A DNA stretch of 64,000 nucleotides, from assembly GCF_963921235.1 (NCBI RefSeq), contig NC_086108.1, positions 45,820,001-45,884,000 on the forward strand, given 5' to 3'. The translations under genes were made by a program, and so were the position numbers. Positions within the stretch are counted from its first letter, which is position 1; each line of letters opens with the position of its first letter. Source of the DNA: Mobula hypostoma. Taxonomy: Eukaryota. Below, one piece after another: positions 11,966-25,093 of this stretch. Below the pieces are notes generated by a model. It saw only the letters and a program-made list of their open reading frames with translations, ran no database searches and was not told the origin of the DNA.

Positions 11966-12784
11966 AACACCCCAATTGATCTGTTACCTACCAAGTTAAT
12001 TGATCTGTGTATTTACCAGGGATATTGGAAAGAGGAATCTGGGAAAAGGGTTCAATGCCGGGCTGTCCGATACCCCCTGGTGAAATTTCCTTTGACCTGC
12101 TGAACCAATACACTAAATTGGATTAGCAAAAGAAAAAATCCCGACCAAAGCCTGGAGAGTTAAGAAACTGCAATTGGTCTGTGACATGGGAATGTACTAC
12201 TAGTGTTTATTATCCAGGCACCTGAATGAAATGTTCTTGCAGAGAAAAATCGAGCTTGACTGCAGCGCCTTGCACAGCTGCAATAGCTGTCCAAGTTATG
12301 TATGAAGGATATTCAGTGGGATCAAAGAAGTGGCTGTCAGCATGGATAGTACAGAAGGGTAAAGCAGGGAAAAATAATTCTTTACATTGCACTAATTAAT
12401 CTTCATATGATTTATAAAGTAGGCTTCCTGACCCATAACATCTGTGCAGGTTGGAAATATTTTTGAGTTTCATATGTGATTTTTGCATGTCACCTTTATT
12501 CTCAGTACACACGCAAGTATTATTTAATACGGTGAGCATTTTTGCCTCTTGCAGCTTTTCAAGCACTGAGTTCCAAGCGCCTGTATCATTCTGAGTGAAT
12601 GTTTGTTTACCCATTTTCCTCTTTAGTCATTCCCATGCCTCTACCTGGCTTTTGACCCCTCTGATAAAGAATAAAAGTCTTTCTTAGTTTAACTGGTCTT
12701 CAGCTTTTTTTAACATACAGATTTCATAGTTCTCAACTCAGTCGCCCATCAGTTTCCTGAATCAAAGCAAACAACCCTCACTTG

Positions 12785-15700
12785 AATCCGAGGGGGGCCA
12801 ATATCTTTACGGGTGGGTTTACTAGAACTGTTGGGAGTTGTTTAAACTAATATGGCAGGGGGATGGGAATCAATATGGTAGAGTTGAGGATGAGCCAACA
12901 GGTTTACAAGTAAATGATGGGGGTAATATGAATGTAAGGAAGCCCAAGCCAATGATTGGGTACAAATACAGACAGTGCAAAGATTTAAATTGTACCACAG
13001 AGGCAAAGTTCAAAAGGGTGAAGAATGCAGGACTGAAGATGCTGTATTTAAATACACGTAGTATTTGGAATAAGGTGGATGAGCTTGTGGTGCATTTGGT
13101 GATTGGTCAGTATGACATTGTGGGCATCACTGAGGCATGGCCAATTAAAGGTTATAGATGGGAGCTTAATATCAAAGGATATATGTTGTATCAAAAGGAC
13201 AGGCAGGAAGGCATAGGTGGTGGTGTGGCTCTGTTGATGAGAGATGGAATTCCATCTTCAGGAAGAGGTGACATAGGGTCAGAGAATGTTCAATCTTTGT
13301 GGGTGGAGTTAAGTAACTGCAAGGGTGAGAAAACATTATGAGAATCATATATAGGCCTCCAAATAGTAGCCAAGATGCGGGGTTGAGATTGCAAAGGGAC
13401 AAAGAAGGGTAAACTGTATAAAACAGGATACAAAACGTGTTTTCAGTTATATAAAGAATAAAAGGGAGATGAGAGTTGATATCGGACCACTGAAAAATGA
13501 TGCTGGTAAGGTAATAATGGGGTTGAAGAAATGGTAGATGAACTTAATGGGTACTTTGCATCACTCTTCACTGTGGAAGACACTAGCAGTGTGCCAGATG
13601 TCCATGAGTGTCAGGGAGCAAGAGTACGTGCCTTTGCTATTACAAAGGAAAATGTGCTAGGCAAACTGAAAGGTCTTAAGGTGGATAAGGCACCTGGACT
13701 AGATGGACTACATCCCAGAGTCCTGGGAGAGGTTGCTGAAGAGATAATGGATGCATTGGTCATGATCTTTCATGAATCACTTGATTCTGGCATGGTCCCG
13801 GGGGACTGGAAAATTGCAAATGTCACTCCACTCTTTAAGAAGGGAGGAAGGCAAAAGAAAATAAGATAGATAGATAGATATACGTTATTAATCCAGAGGG
13901 AAATTTGGTTTCGTTACAGCCGCACCAACCAAGAATAGAGCGTAAATATAGCAATACAAAAAACCCCAACAATCAAACACCAAAATGCAAACTATGCCAG
14001 ATGGAAAATAAGTCCAGGACCAGTCTATTGGCTCAGGGTGTCTGACCCTCCACGGGAGGAGCTGCACGTTCGATGGCCACAGGCAGGAACGACCTCCCGT
14101 GCCGCCAAGTGTTGTATCACGGTGGAATGTGGCCGAAGTCCAACAGTAAGGAGTTCAATATCCAGTCTACAAACACGTTCCTCGATCGTAATATGCCCCG
14201 GATTGCACCATCCGTTGTTAACCAGAACAGTAAGCACCCAACTCCTTTATGCTTACCGCTCTCAGTGCACTTCCGGTCAGCCGGAACGGTGTTACCCACC
14301 GAACTCCTCTTCTCCAAAAGTGTCTGTTGTCTCGACCCGGTCCTCTTTCCTCAGATTTGTGATCCCCCTCTGTGTGTTTTCCTCTGGATTTCAGCAGGTG
14401 TATCTGCCGCTCTGTTTGCTAAGCCGGCTGGTATTTGCTGGTCCGTGGAATACACAATGCGACCTTGCTTCTATCCCGTGTGTCGGGATGTAACCATTTC
14501 CAGCACTAAAGAAAACCCAAATAAAACTCTCTCTACCAGCATGTTAGAGAGGGCGCAGCTTCGACGTGTTACCGTGAGAGAAAAAAAAATACAAAAAATA
14601 ACGTAAATTAAAAGGTGAGAAGAAAGTAAGAATAGATCAGAACGGCTGTGCCAGGCTGCATGCACGGCCGGCGCATGCGCACAATTAATAGGCCAGTCAG
14701 CCTAACCTCGGTGGGTGGGGAAAATGTTGGAGCCCATTATTAAGGGTGAGGTTTTGGGGTGCTTGGAGACTAATGATAAAATGAGTCAAAGTCAGCATGG
14801 TTTCTGTAAAGGGAAATCTTGCCTGACAAATCTGTTAGTTCTTCGAGGAAGTAACAAGCAGGGTGGAAAAGGAGAGGCAGTGGATGTCATTTATTTGGTT
14901 TTTCAGAAGGCATTTGATAAGGTGCCTTACATGAGGCTGCTTAACAAGATAACATCCTATAGCATTACTGGCATAGATAGAAGAACGGCTTTCAGGCAGG
15001 AGGCAGTGAGTGGGAATAAAAGGGGTCTTTTCTGGTTGACTGCCAATGACTAGAGGCGTTCCTCAGGAGTCGGTATTGGGACCGCTACTTTTCACATTGT
15101 TTGTCAGTGAATTAGTTAATGGAATTGATGGCTTTGTGGCAAAATTTGCTGATGAGACAAAGATGGGTAGAGGGGTAGGTAGTGCTGAGGAAGCAATGTG
15201 ATTGCAATAGGACTTAGACAAATTGGAGGAATGGGCAAAAAAATGGCAGACAGAATACAGTGTTGGGAAATGTATGATAATGCATTTTGGTGAAAGAAAC
15301 AGAAGTGCGGACTGTTATCTAAATGGGGAGAAAATTAAAACATCAGAGATGCAAAGGGACTTCATGCAAGACTGCCAGAAGGTTAATTTACAGGTTGAGT
15401 CTGTGGTAAAGAAGGCAAGTGCAATGTTGGCATTCATTTCAAGGGGAATAGAATATAAAAACAAGGAGATAATGCTGAGGCTTTATAAGACACTAGTCAG
15501 GCTGCACTTTGAGTATTGTCAACAGTTTTGGGCCAGAAAGGATGTGTTGTCATTGGAAAGAGTCCAAAGGAGGTTCACGAGGATGATTCTGGGAATGAAG
15601 GGGTTAACATATGAGGAGAGCTTGGAGGCTTTGGGCCTGTACTCACTGGAACTTAGAAGAATGTGGGGGGAATCTTATTGAAACCGACCGAATGTTGAAA

Positions 15701-16053
15701 GGATTAGATAGGGTGGATTTGGAGAGGGTGTTTCCTATGGCGGTGGTATCGAGAACTAGAGGGTACAACCTCAGAATAGAGGGGAGACCCTTTAGAACAG
15801 GTATGGAGGAATGATTTTAGCCAGAGAGTAGTGAATCTGTGGAACCCTCTGCCATAGTCATCTGTGGAGGCCAAAACCATGAGTATATTTAAAGCGTAAA
15901 TTGATAGTTTCCTGATCAGTCGGGGCATCAAAGGTTATGGCGAGAGGGCAGGTGTATGAGGTTAAGTAAGATCCAGGATCAGTCATGATGGAATGGTGGA
16001 GCAGACTCGATGGGCTGAATGGCCTAATTCTGCTCTTATGTCTTATGGTCTTA
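12785..16053 (+). mobile_element. CR1-type LINE, internally deleted ORF2 (endonuclease and RT remnants)
   Basis: LYLNTRSIWNKVDEL..YDIVGITEAW, KAPGLDGLHPRVL, DWKIANVTPLFKKG, SQHGFCKGKSCLTNL, FQKAFDKVP; tail CCTAATTCTGCTCTTATGTCTTATGGTCTTAT. Confidence 0.9.
13866..14680 (-). mobile_element. Internally deleted Rex1/Babar-type retroposon inserted in the CR1
   Basis: 3' end matches 22920-23110 (GGAGGGTCAGACACCCTGAGCCAATAG..GGTCCTGGACTTATTT); (TCTA)n tail; endonuclease remnant VLVNNGWCNPGHITIEERVCRLDIELLTVGLRP joined directly to the 3' end; CpG-rich 5' end. Confidence 0.75.
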
Positions 16054-17274
16054 TCCTAAACAACAGAAAATGCCAAAACTTCTCTTTAGGTCATTTAGTA
16101 CCTGTGAGGAGAGAAAACAGTTAATGTTTAAAGTCATTGGTTATACCTTGCTTCCTGAAGATAAAAACTTGAGCTTGGCAAAATTCTAGTTTTGTTTTTC
16201 ACCAATAAATGGCAATTTTGCCAAACTCTTGTAGGTCATTAAAAAGAGTTCTTCATTGCTAGTAATGGAAAGTTAATGTCTGTATTCCTGTAACACTAAT
16301 AAAAGATGTGATTTTTTTTTTGAACTTTTTAATCTTTTTTGTATGGATTTAATATTATTCCCAAACAAATGAAACTGCATTAATTGATTATGATTGATAT
16401 CTACACTTATTTTGTCTGGAACTTGGTTTGTAAATAATGTTTATTGATTCTTAACCACCTTTCTCCCCTCACCCCCCAAAAATCCGTAAACCAAACCTTG
16501 CGAGGGTCTGAATCCTCAATACAAGTCAAAGTCTAAAATGAAATTGTTTTATTTGTTGAAATCATTTAAAAATAAAACTTATTTTTAAGGAGGCTATAAA
16601 CACTGCTGCCCCTGTAGAGAAGATATTGAGTTCAACGGCAAGTTTGCTAAATGATCTGTCTATTCTGGATGATTTCAATCCTCTTATGACTCTGTTGAGG
16701 TGACCTAAATTTAATCCTTAAATCGCCTGCAGTATGACCTCTAATTTTGAAATTAATGTATTCTAATATAGGGCAATATAAACCGCATTCATTATCATCT
16801 TAGGACGGGTAATTAACTTGTAGCATATGCTGTGCCCCTGTATGTGCAAGGTAGGTTGCACGTTTCCTTTACACATGACAAAGGAACTGTCTGTGATCCC
16901 TCCCACAAGCATCAGTGCCATGATCCCTGAAATTTTCCACACTTCCTAACAACACCCACCTCTCAAAATTCCCAGATGCATGGCACAAGAAGTCAACCCC
17001 TCGTATTCCACAGATACTTTAAATATCTAATCCTTAGCCTCCTGATGAATAAAACGTGAGAGGACTTTGGCTGTGCACTGATACTTTCAGTGCTATAGAG
17101 CTCCTGGTCTTCCAGTTCCAGCACTCACGGGTACATGGACTCCCCTGTCCATAGAGGGCCTTCATTTGGGCTTCACACTACTGCATTGAGAATCTGGTGC
17201 AAAACTCTACCTTGCCTGCTGTTTGCTATGATGGTGTGAAATTCAAAAGCGTGTAGAATCTCTAATTGTGAAAT

Positions 17275-17800
17275 GAAAAGAGAAAATATCAGAAACACTC
17301 AGCTGATCAGGTAGCATCTGTGAAAAGGGCATCTGTTAATAATTCAGGTCAAAAGTGCTTTGTCAGAACTGCTGATAAGGCAATTCGAGAGAGCATGGAG
17401 TAGGCAGAAAGCCTGCTACCTGAAATTGTTGAATTAAATGTTGAGTCTGGAAGACTGCGGCAGCCCATACCACAAGATGAACTGCAGTTCCCCAATTCTG
17501 CATTGGTCCTTACTTGAACTGTGAAAGAGTCCAACCTGTCTATTGAAGTAGGGTTGAGAATTAATGTGATAGGTAACTGGAAGCTCAAACTGTCCTTGAA
17601 GACGCTACACAAGTTCTCTGCAAAGCTGTCACAGGAGCTGCACACGTTTTCCCTATTGAGGAAGAGCCTGTACTATGAGTGCATTTTGCTAGATTTGAAG
17701 AAGTGCAGGCGAATTGCTGCTTCACCTCAGAGGACTGTTCGAGTTCCTGGATGGTAGAAGGATGGGTGCTGCCTCTCTTGAGGTTTCATTGTTCGGGGAA
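17275..17800 (-). mobile_element. Old Penelope-like remnant
   Basis: Reverse-complement tail (GAAACACTCAGC..CAGGTAGCATCTGTG) and decayed GIY-YIG-like segment around 17590-17680. Confidence 0.5.
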
Positions 17801-18370
17801 TAACTAGTGTAGATGAAAGAGTGGGCTGAGCAATTAAGAAGTGAACATCCCTTTGGAAAGTAATGTCTGATGGTGTTGTCTTCCCTAATTGGGGCTTCCC
17901 CTCTACATGTTCCAGCATTTGAATTTCTTTGTTTTCTTTGTAAATTTTCTCACTAATCTATCAACTGGGTGATTCCAACTGTTTATCATTACAACACTAG
18001 TGTAGTGCTATTGGAGATATTCCTTATATCGTATGCATTATTTCTAACTTTCACCTCAAAATGAACGTAACTTCTGGTAACCCACCTCCACACCCCCCCC
18101 CCCATTCCCCCTGTAAACTCCTCAGTTTGTTTTTCCACATTCTGGTGACCCTCTTTCTCTCCTCCTTCCTCATGACCCCCCCATCACCTCCCTCCCCATC
18201 TCCCCATCTCCTTCCCTTTATCCCTTGGTCATCTGTCCTCTCCTTCAGTTCTTTACCTTTTTCACCTGTTATCTCCTAGCTTCTCAATTCATACCTTTTT
18301 ATTCCTGTCCTTCCCCCTCAGCTGAAGTGCAGCATTTTCCTTTCCACAGATGGTACCTAACCTGACTTCC

Positions 18371-18373
<3 letters not shown>

Positions 18374-18402
<29 letters not shown>
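18374..18402. repeat. (TTTA)n microsatellite
   Basis: Direct reading. Confidence 0.9.
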
Positions 18403-18403
<1 letters not shown>

Positions 18404-20204
18404 GCTCAATTTCCGGGCTGAGTCTCCTGAAAGGAAGGAGAGATGAGCAATGAGCATCCAGCTCATCTCTCAGGAGGTGGTGATGGAGATCATCGGATCC
18501 TGGTGTTCTGACAGAATGTACAACTGGTGATGCCTGTCCCCAACAATGTTCAGCATTCGCTGTACCTGCCAGTGTGCAACAATAGGGCACGTAATTTCAT
18601 GCTGAATAGGTGCACTGTTTGGCTCAGACAACCCAACCCCCACCCTCGGGGACGGCCTCTTCACAACAAACAATGGAGTAATTCACGCTGGGCTTTTGGC
18701 AGAGCAGTGTGCCGTAACAGGGAGGGCAGGGAAGTGTTACCACTCTTCTGAGCACTAAGTAGTGTACCTGTATGTTCAACACTTGAATGAAATAAGTGGC
18801 GAGTGTTCTCATTACTTGAGCTCAATTTGATAATTGTAGCACAATGAGAATTAGTAACAGCATCACCCCAGGAATGCTGCAAGTTAAATATGACAGTTGT
18901 TTTTCACTTTAAGGGTGTGACAGTTTAGCTGCTGCCTCTATGTTGATTAGATATAAGTGCCTGTTTTACTAACCCAGTGCACGGTGTACCATTTCACTGA
19001 ATTATTATTTTAACCAGGTTTGTTGAAGGGAAACAAGTGCCAATTTGATTTTAATGATTTGAAGCAGTAGTCTGATACTTAGCTGAAACTGTTTGAAGGA
19101 GTTTTTCCTGCTGCTGCCTTGAGCAAACAACCAGAAAGGATCCGGGAGCTGGCATAATTTTAACCCAGTGCATCTGATGAGAATAGTGAACCATTGTAGC
19201 TCCTGGTATATTTGACATGCAACAGTTTTTGATTACCTTGAGACTACCTGCTAGGCAGTTGGGGCCAGATAGAAAACTCTTGTTCTGATGATGTCATTGG
19301 CATCACAGTGTGTGTACGTATGCTTTTTTTGAAAAAAGAACTTTAACTTGGCAAAGTTTGTTGGGTGTCTGGCTGCTGAATCTGCAAACAGTGACAATGG
19401 AGCTCTGATGTGACGGGCTTATTGTTAGGTTTGGTCTTGGAAGCCACAAATTTCTTATTTACAAAGTCCTCTTGACCAAGGGCTGATGTCAGTCCCTCAT
19501 GATTAAATCATTTTAATTTATCTGTCACATTTTATAATGAAATAAACTTGTATCTCTTGTATTTGCCTTTCTTCACCTTTTTTCTTGTGCTTTTCCTCTG
19601 TCACATTTTAGATAATGTTCCTATTCTAAAACAACACATCCCTTTTGTAGCAGGATGAAAATAGGATTTTACTTTGCCCCTTGCAAGGGATGATCCTGAG
19701 TAAGGTGGTGGTGATGCTGCCCTGGAAGTCCATCTTTATTTCGCAAGTGTTTAAAAACCTCCAAGCAGATTGTGTGATTGACTTTTTGATCATTCATTCC
19801 TCAGTTGGTTAGCACGTGTTGCGAGTGTAAGAATTTTACTTTGAAATATTTTACAGGAAGGTACTGTGTTTATTGGGATGCAGGTTCAGCACAGAGATTT
19901 TTGGAAGGCCATTTGGAAATACTTGGCTGCCATGTTAAGTGCTATTGCAGCTCCTGTTACTGCCTGTCTCGCACTGACGGTAGAAGGGGCCAGCTGCAAA
20001 CCAAATGTGAGGGTTTGACTTCTGGTGTAAACTTGACAGTTTGATCTGATTCCACTACTCTGGTTACACAGTATGGATTTGGCATTTAAGAGTGTGTTTC
20101 ATCCAAAACACAGCTGTGATGGAAGTACTGCCTTTAGCAATTATTTGATTATGGATTTGATATTGAAGTATCAACTTGATTATTAGAAGAATAAATTTTC
20201 ACCT

Positions 20205-21280
20205 ATGGGCTTGTCCACAGAAGGCAAAGGGTGGTTGTAGGTAGTTCATATTCTGCATGGAGGTCAGTGACCAGTGGTGTTCCGCAGGGATCTGTTCAGG
20301 GACCCCTCCTCTTTGTGGATTTTTTTAATATAAATGATCTGGATGAAGAAGTAGAAGGTGGGTTAGTAAGTTTGCTGATGACACAGAGATTGGGTGTGTT
20401 GTGGACAGTCTGGTGGGTCGTCAGAGGTTACAGCGGGACATTGATAGGATGCAGAACTGGGCTGAGAAGTGGCAGATGGAGTTCAACCCAGATAAGTGTG
20501 AAGTGGTTCATTCTGGTAGGTCCAGTCTGAAGACAATATAATATAAATGGTCAGACTCTTGGCAGTGTGGAGGATCCGAGAGATCTTGGGGTCCGTGTCC
20601 ACAGGACACTCAAAGCTGCTGCGCAGGTTGACAGTGTTGTTAAGGCATATGGTGCGTTGGCATTTATCAACCGTGGGATTGAGTTCAAGAGCCATGAGGT
20701 AATGTTACAGCTATATAAGACCTTGGTCAGATCCAGCTTGGATTACTGTGTTCAGTTCTGGTCACCTCACTACAGGAAGGATGTGGATACTATAGAGAGA
20801 GTGCAGAGGAGATTTACAAGGATGTTGCCTGGATTGGAGGATATACCTTATGAGAAAAGGTTGAGTGTACTTGGCCTTTTCTCCTTGGAGCGACAGAGGA
20901 TGAGAGGTGACCTGACAGAGGTGTATAAGATGATGCGGGGCATTGATTGTGTGGATAGCCAGAGGCTTTTTCCCAGGGCTGAAATGGCTAACATGAGGGA
21001 ACATAGTTTTAAGGTGCTTGGAAATGGGTACTGAGGGGATGTCAAGGGTAAGTTTTTCACACAGAGAGTTGTGCGTGCATGGAATGCACTGCAGGCGACG
21101 GTGGTGGAAGCGGATACAATAGGGTCTTTTAAGAGCCTCTTAGATAGGTACATGGAGCTTAGAAAAATAGAGGGCAATGCAGTAGGGAAATTCTAGGCAG
21201 TTTCTAGAGTAGGTTACATGGTTGGCACAACATTATGGCTCAAAGGGCCTGTAATGTGCTGTAAATTTCTATGTTCTATA
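20205..21280 (+). mobile_element. CR1-type LINE 3' fragment (second subfamily)
   Basis: VTSGVPQGSVQGPLLF, RDLGVRVH, YCVQFWSPHYRKDV..ERVQRRFTRMLPGL; tail shared with 4187-4416. Confidence 0.9.
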
Positions 21281-22149
21281 CTGGTGACCCCTGTTTGGGT
21301 TTCAGAAATTTGCCCTTAAAGAATTCACAAATCAGCAGCCCAAAATTGTAGAGAATATAATTTGCTCTTTAAAAAATGTGTATGTGGCGGGGGGGGGGGG
21401 GGTGGGGAGCAAGGGGTGGGAAGAAGGAAATGTATTTTTTAAAAATTTTTTATGATGTATGCAAATGGATAGTGGATCTTTTCTGAAAATTGCAATTTGG
21501 CCCTTAACATTAGTTCACCTGCAGAGGACTCACCAGGGGTTATTTAAAAAAAACTGTGTAATGAGCAGAAATACTGTTGATATCATCTTACCTTCTTAGT
21601 GGAGATGTATTGGCTTTCCTTTCTGCAAGCAAGGTCTTAAGATTATTAGTGTTTGCAGCTATGGAACAATTATCCATTGGAACCGGATTGGTGACATTGA
21701 GAAGATGAATGGTAATTGTGTGATTCATAGTCTTGGAACATCAAATTAAAAACTATTTGACCCTGAAATAGAATTTTGATAAAGAGCAGGTAGTCTGCTT
21801 AGAGTCTGTACTTGAACCATATTGTGTCGTAAGATGCTGTCTACTGTTGCTCTTTGTTCAATAGATGACTTTGAATTAAGTCTGTTGGCAGCCCCTCAAC
21901 AAACAATTGTTAATGGAGTTTAATCATGGAACTGATTAGGAATGGAATGACTCTTTCCAGGGTACGTTGTGCTGTTGCACAAGTTTCTTGCTTTTGCTGC
22001 CACAGTGCCTGAAGGCATTTAAGATTATAACCATGATTCAGCACTATTTGGAATACACCATGTTGCGTCGTCATATATTCCAGTTAGGACCCAACTGTTC
22101 ACAAACTGTGAATTAACTTTGGAATCTAATGTGACATGTAAATAATGAG

Positions 22150-23420
22150 GATGCAAAGAGGCTTCGAGGCGACATGAGAAAACAAGCTGCTGGAAGAACT
22201 CAGTGTATCAAGCAGTATTTGTGGAGGCAAGGGAGTGGTGTAGAAGTGAAAGGGAAGGGTGAGACAGAGGCTGGTATCAGGGAGGAGGAAGAGCTGTGCT
22301 AGGAAGCGATGGGTGGTACCAGATAAGAGGGGGAAGATGGAGTGGGTGGAAAAGTGCATTGGAAAGTTGAACCAAGAGAGAAGAAACCGGGTGTTCTGCA
22401 AAATGGTCACCTAGCCTAAACTTGATCTCCCCAATACAGGGAAGCTCACATAGAGAGCGCCAATTGCAATTGAGCATATTAGAGAGGTGCTTGTGAACCT
22501 CTGCCTCATCCTGGAAGTGCTGTTCAGGTCCCTGCCCATCATTCCTTCCTGGTAAGGTTCCACCAATCACATATTAGCAGTTGTCTCTCCCTTCTCCCAC
22601 CTATTGCATCCACCTAACTTCATTTTGTGTTGCCACCTATCATATGGTGGCCAGTGTGATCATGTTTGCTGTTGTGTGCTGGGGCAGCAGGCTGAGGGTA
22701 GCAGACACCAACAGAATCAACAAACTCATTCGTAAGGCCAGTGATGTTGTGGCGACGGAACTGGACTCTCTCACGGTGGTGTCTGAAAAGAGGATGCTGT
22801 CTAAGTTGCATGCCATCTTGGTCAATGTCTCCCATCCACTACATAATGTACTGGGTGGGCACAGGAGTACATTCAGCCAGACTCATTCCACCGAGAGGCA
22901 ACACAGAGCGTCACAGGAAGTCATTCCTGCCTGTGGCCATCAAACTTTACAACTCCTCCCTTGGAGGGTCAGACACTCTGAGCCAATAGGCTGGTCCTGG
23001 ACTTATTTCCTGGCATAATTTACATATTACTATTCAATTATTTATGGTTTTATTACTATTTATTAGTTATGGTGCAACTGTAACAAAAACCAATTTCCCC
23101 TGGGATCAATAAAGTATGACCATGACTATCTTGTTCTGTCTCAGGGTTCTCCTCATCTCTCCCACCCCCCCCCCACCACTTTACATATAGTTCCATCTGA
23201 CAATCTTTTTCTCCCTCCCCCCATTTCGTTCCACCTATCACCTACCAACCTGTGTCATATTCCTTCTCACTGGCTATCCTCTGCTTGCTCAATGTCCTGA
23301 TGCAGGGTCGTGATTTGAAATGTCATCTGTTTCTGTGCCTCTGCAGATACCGCTCGACCTACTGAATTCCAGCAGTTTATTTCTTTGCTCCAGATTCCAG
23401 CATCTGCGGATCCTTGTGCC
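22150..23420. mobile_element. Penelope-like remnant with inverted termini, interrupted by a Rex1 fragment
   Basis: 22150-22530 is minus-strand tail and GIY-YIG segment (CIGEIKFRLGDHFAEH); 23130-23420 is plus-strand tail with CTGATGCAGGGTCGTGATTTGAAATGTC. Confidence 0.6.
22640..23128 (+). mobile_element. Rex1/Babar LINE 3' end
   Basis: YHMVASVIMFAVVCWG..RINKLIRKASDVV..SHPLH, TERHRKSFLPVAIKLYN; ends GGATCAATAAAGTATGACCATGACTA. Confidence 0.8.
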
Positions 23421-23937
23421 ACATGGAGCATGGTTTAAAACATGTTGAGATTTTTTTTAATGGAGAGAGATTCCAACCTTGCTGCTCCTGATTCCAATGT
23501 AATAGTTCTACTCATTAACACCATTACTGAAACCACGTGTGTGTCTCTTTTTATTTCTTAATCCTGTCCTGATAAATCTTAGTCCCGATGGAAAATAAAT
23601 ACCTTAAGAAGGTTGCCACTGAAGGCTGAAAACCTGATGGGCAATATAATAAATCATTGAATCAACTTTTTAAAAAAGAGTTTCTATCTGGCATCTGATT
23701 AATGTGTCAACATGGAGCAAAGGTCACTCGCTGTATTTTAAGGTGTTTCGTGCTGAACAAGAGAAACATTTGAGTTAACCTTGAATCTTAACTGCAACCT
23801 CCTGACAAACTCTGATCTTGACTTTTATCAGGAATCTGAATGCTGGGTGCTTGTCTAATTGTAATCTGTAACCTTTTGTACCACCACACTGTAATACAAT
23901 TTCCAAAGAAATCCAGTACTAGTTTTGTTTTCCCTAC

Positions 23938-24152
23938 GCCAGCTGGTGGCAGAGTGGCATCAGTGCCGGACTTCGGAGCAAAGGCTCCCGAGTTCGAATC
24001 CAGCCGGCTCCCTTGCACGATTTCCATCCGTGCTGGGTTGAGTGCCGAGCTAGCAACTCGGCCTTGTAAAAATAAGAAAAGCTGCTAAAAAAAAACGCCA
24101 TCATGATGCCGTCCCGATGACTCCACTCGGAGTTAAGGGCTTTCTTCTTCTT
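23938..24152 (+). mobile_element. tRNA-derived SINE with RTE-like body and tail
   Basis: A box TGGCAGAGTGG, B box GAGTTCGAATCC; body GGGTTGAGTGCCGAGCTAGCAACTCGGCCTTGTAAAA resembles RTE 5'UTR motif; terminal stem-loop (ACTCC..GGAGT) and (CTT)n tail. Confidence 0.75.
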
Positions 24153-24845
24153 AAGGGTGGACTAAAGCAGTAACAGCAGTGTCTTTGGCTGGTTGGAATG
24201 ACTAATTTGTGCCAAAGAATTTTTCTGCATAATAAAGCAGAATAAAACCTCAAAGAACTACTGGTAAAATTGATTAAAACTCAGCTGGCAGTAACAACTA
24301 TGAATATTCGTCACTTTGTTAGAATGTGACCCATGACTTTCAAAAGGTGCATCTAGCCGTGTAGCAATCCATTTTGTTTGTTGGATATAATGGGTAGTGG
24401 TGAGAGGAAGTGAACTGCAGGAGTAAAAATGTGAATGGATAAGGCAAAACAACTAGGTGGAAATGAAGATTTTATTTACTGAAGAAATAAGAGAAGGCCT
24501 GCAGTTATATGTGGTTGTTAGCAAAAGGACCTGTTGGATTTTCAACACCAATATTGTGCATTATGTATAACATTAAAAATATAAATATATTCTTAACTGC
24601 TGGGGACACACAGATGTCACCAATGGCAGCTGAATGCTGCAACTGTTGAATCAATAAATGTTTATAGCTTCAAGTTTAAATTATTTCTGCTTTAGGCCTT
24701 TGGCAAGGACTTTGTCTGATTTTTGTTTATTTGATAGTCAGGACTTCTCTACATGGTGCAAAATGTAAAGGGACAGTGTAATTTTACAGCCTCTGTCAAA
24801 GAAGCAAAGATTATAATCATCTACAATCAAACAAGCCAGGCTAAA

Positions 24846-25093
24846 TCTACTGCCCTTGCAGTGCATATGTACAAAGCTACTCAGCGAGTTTAAAAACCTT
24901 CTTAAAAATCCCCTGAGACAAAAGCTTTCTTCAGGATTTTTGAGATCTTACTTGTGAAAAGATATTGCTGTTTCAAGGGCAAGGAGGATGGAGTTGGATG
25001 TCTTTCCACTGTGTGCTTTAAATAGAATCAGAATTAATCTGTGTAGGAAGTGTTGATCATACAATAAGAATTGCACCTCTAGAGGGCAGGACA
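24846..25093 (-). repeat. 3' LTR of the BEL/Pao element
   Basis: TCTACTGCCC...GGGCAGGACA; homologous to 31186-31465. Confidence 0.85.

Noticed and set aside
23938..24012. Functional tRNA gene
   Set aside because: Acceptor and T stems are imperfect, there is no adjacent poly-T terminator, and it continues into a SINE body.
25074..25090. CTCF-like motif CCTCTAGAGGGCAG in the BEL LTR
   Set aside because: Single imperfect match, degraded in the other LTR; cannot be supported from sequence alone.
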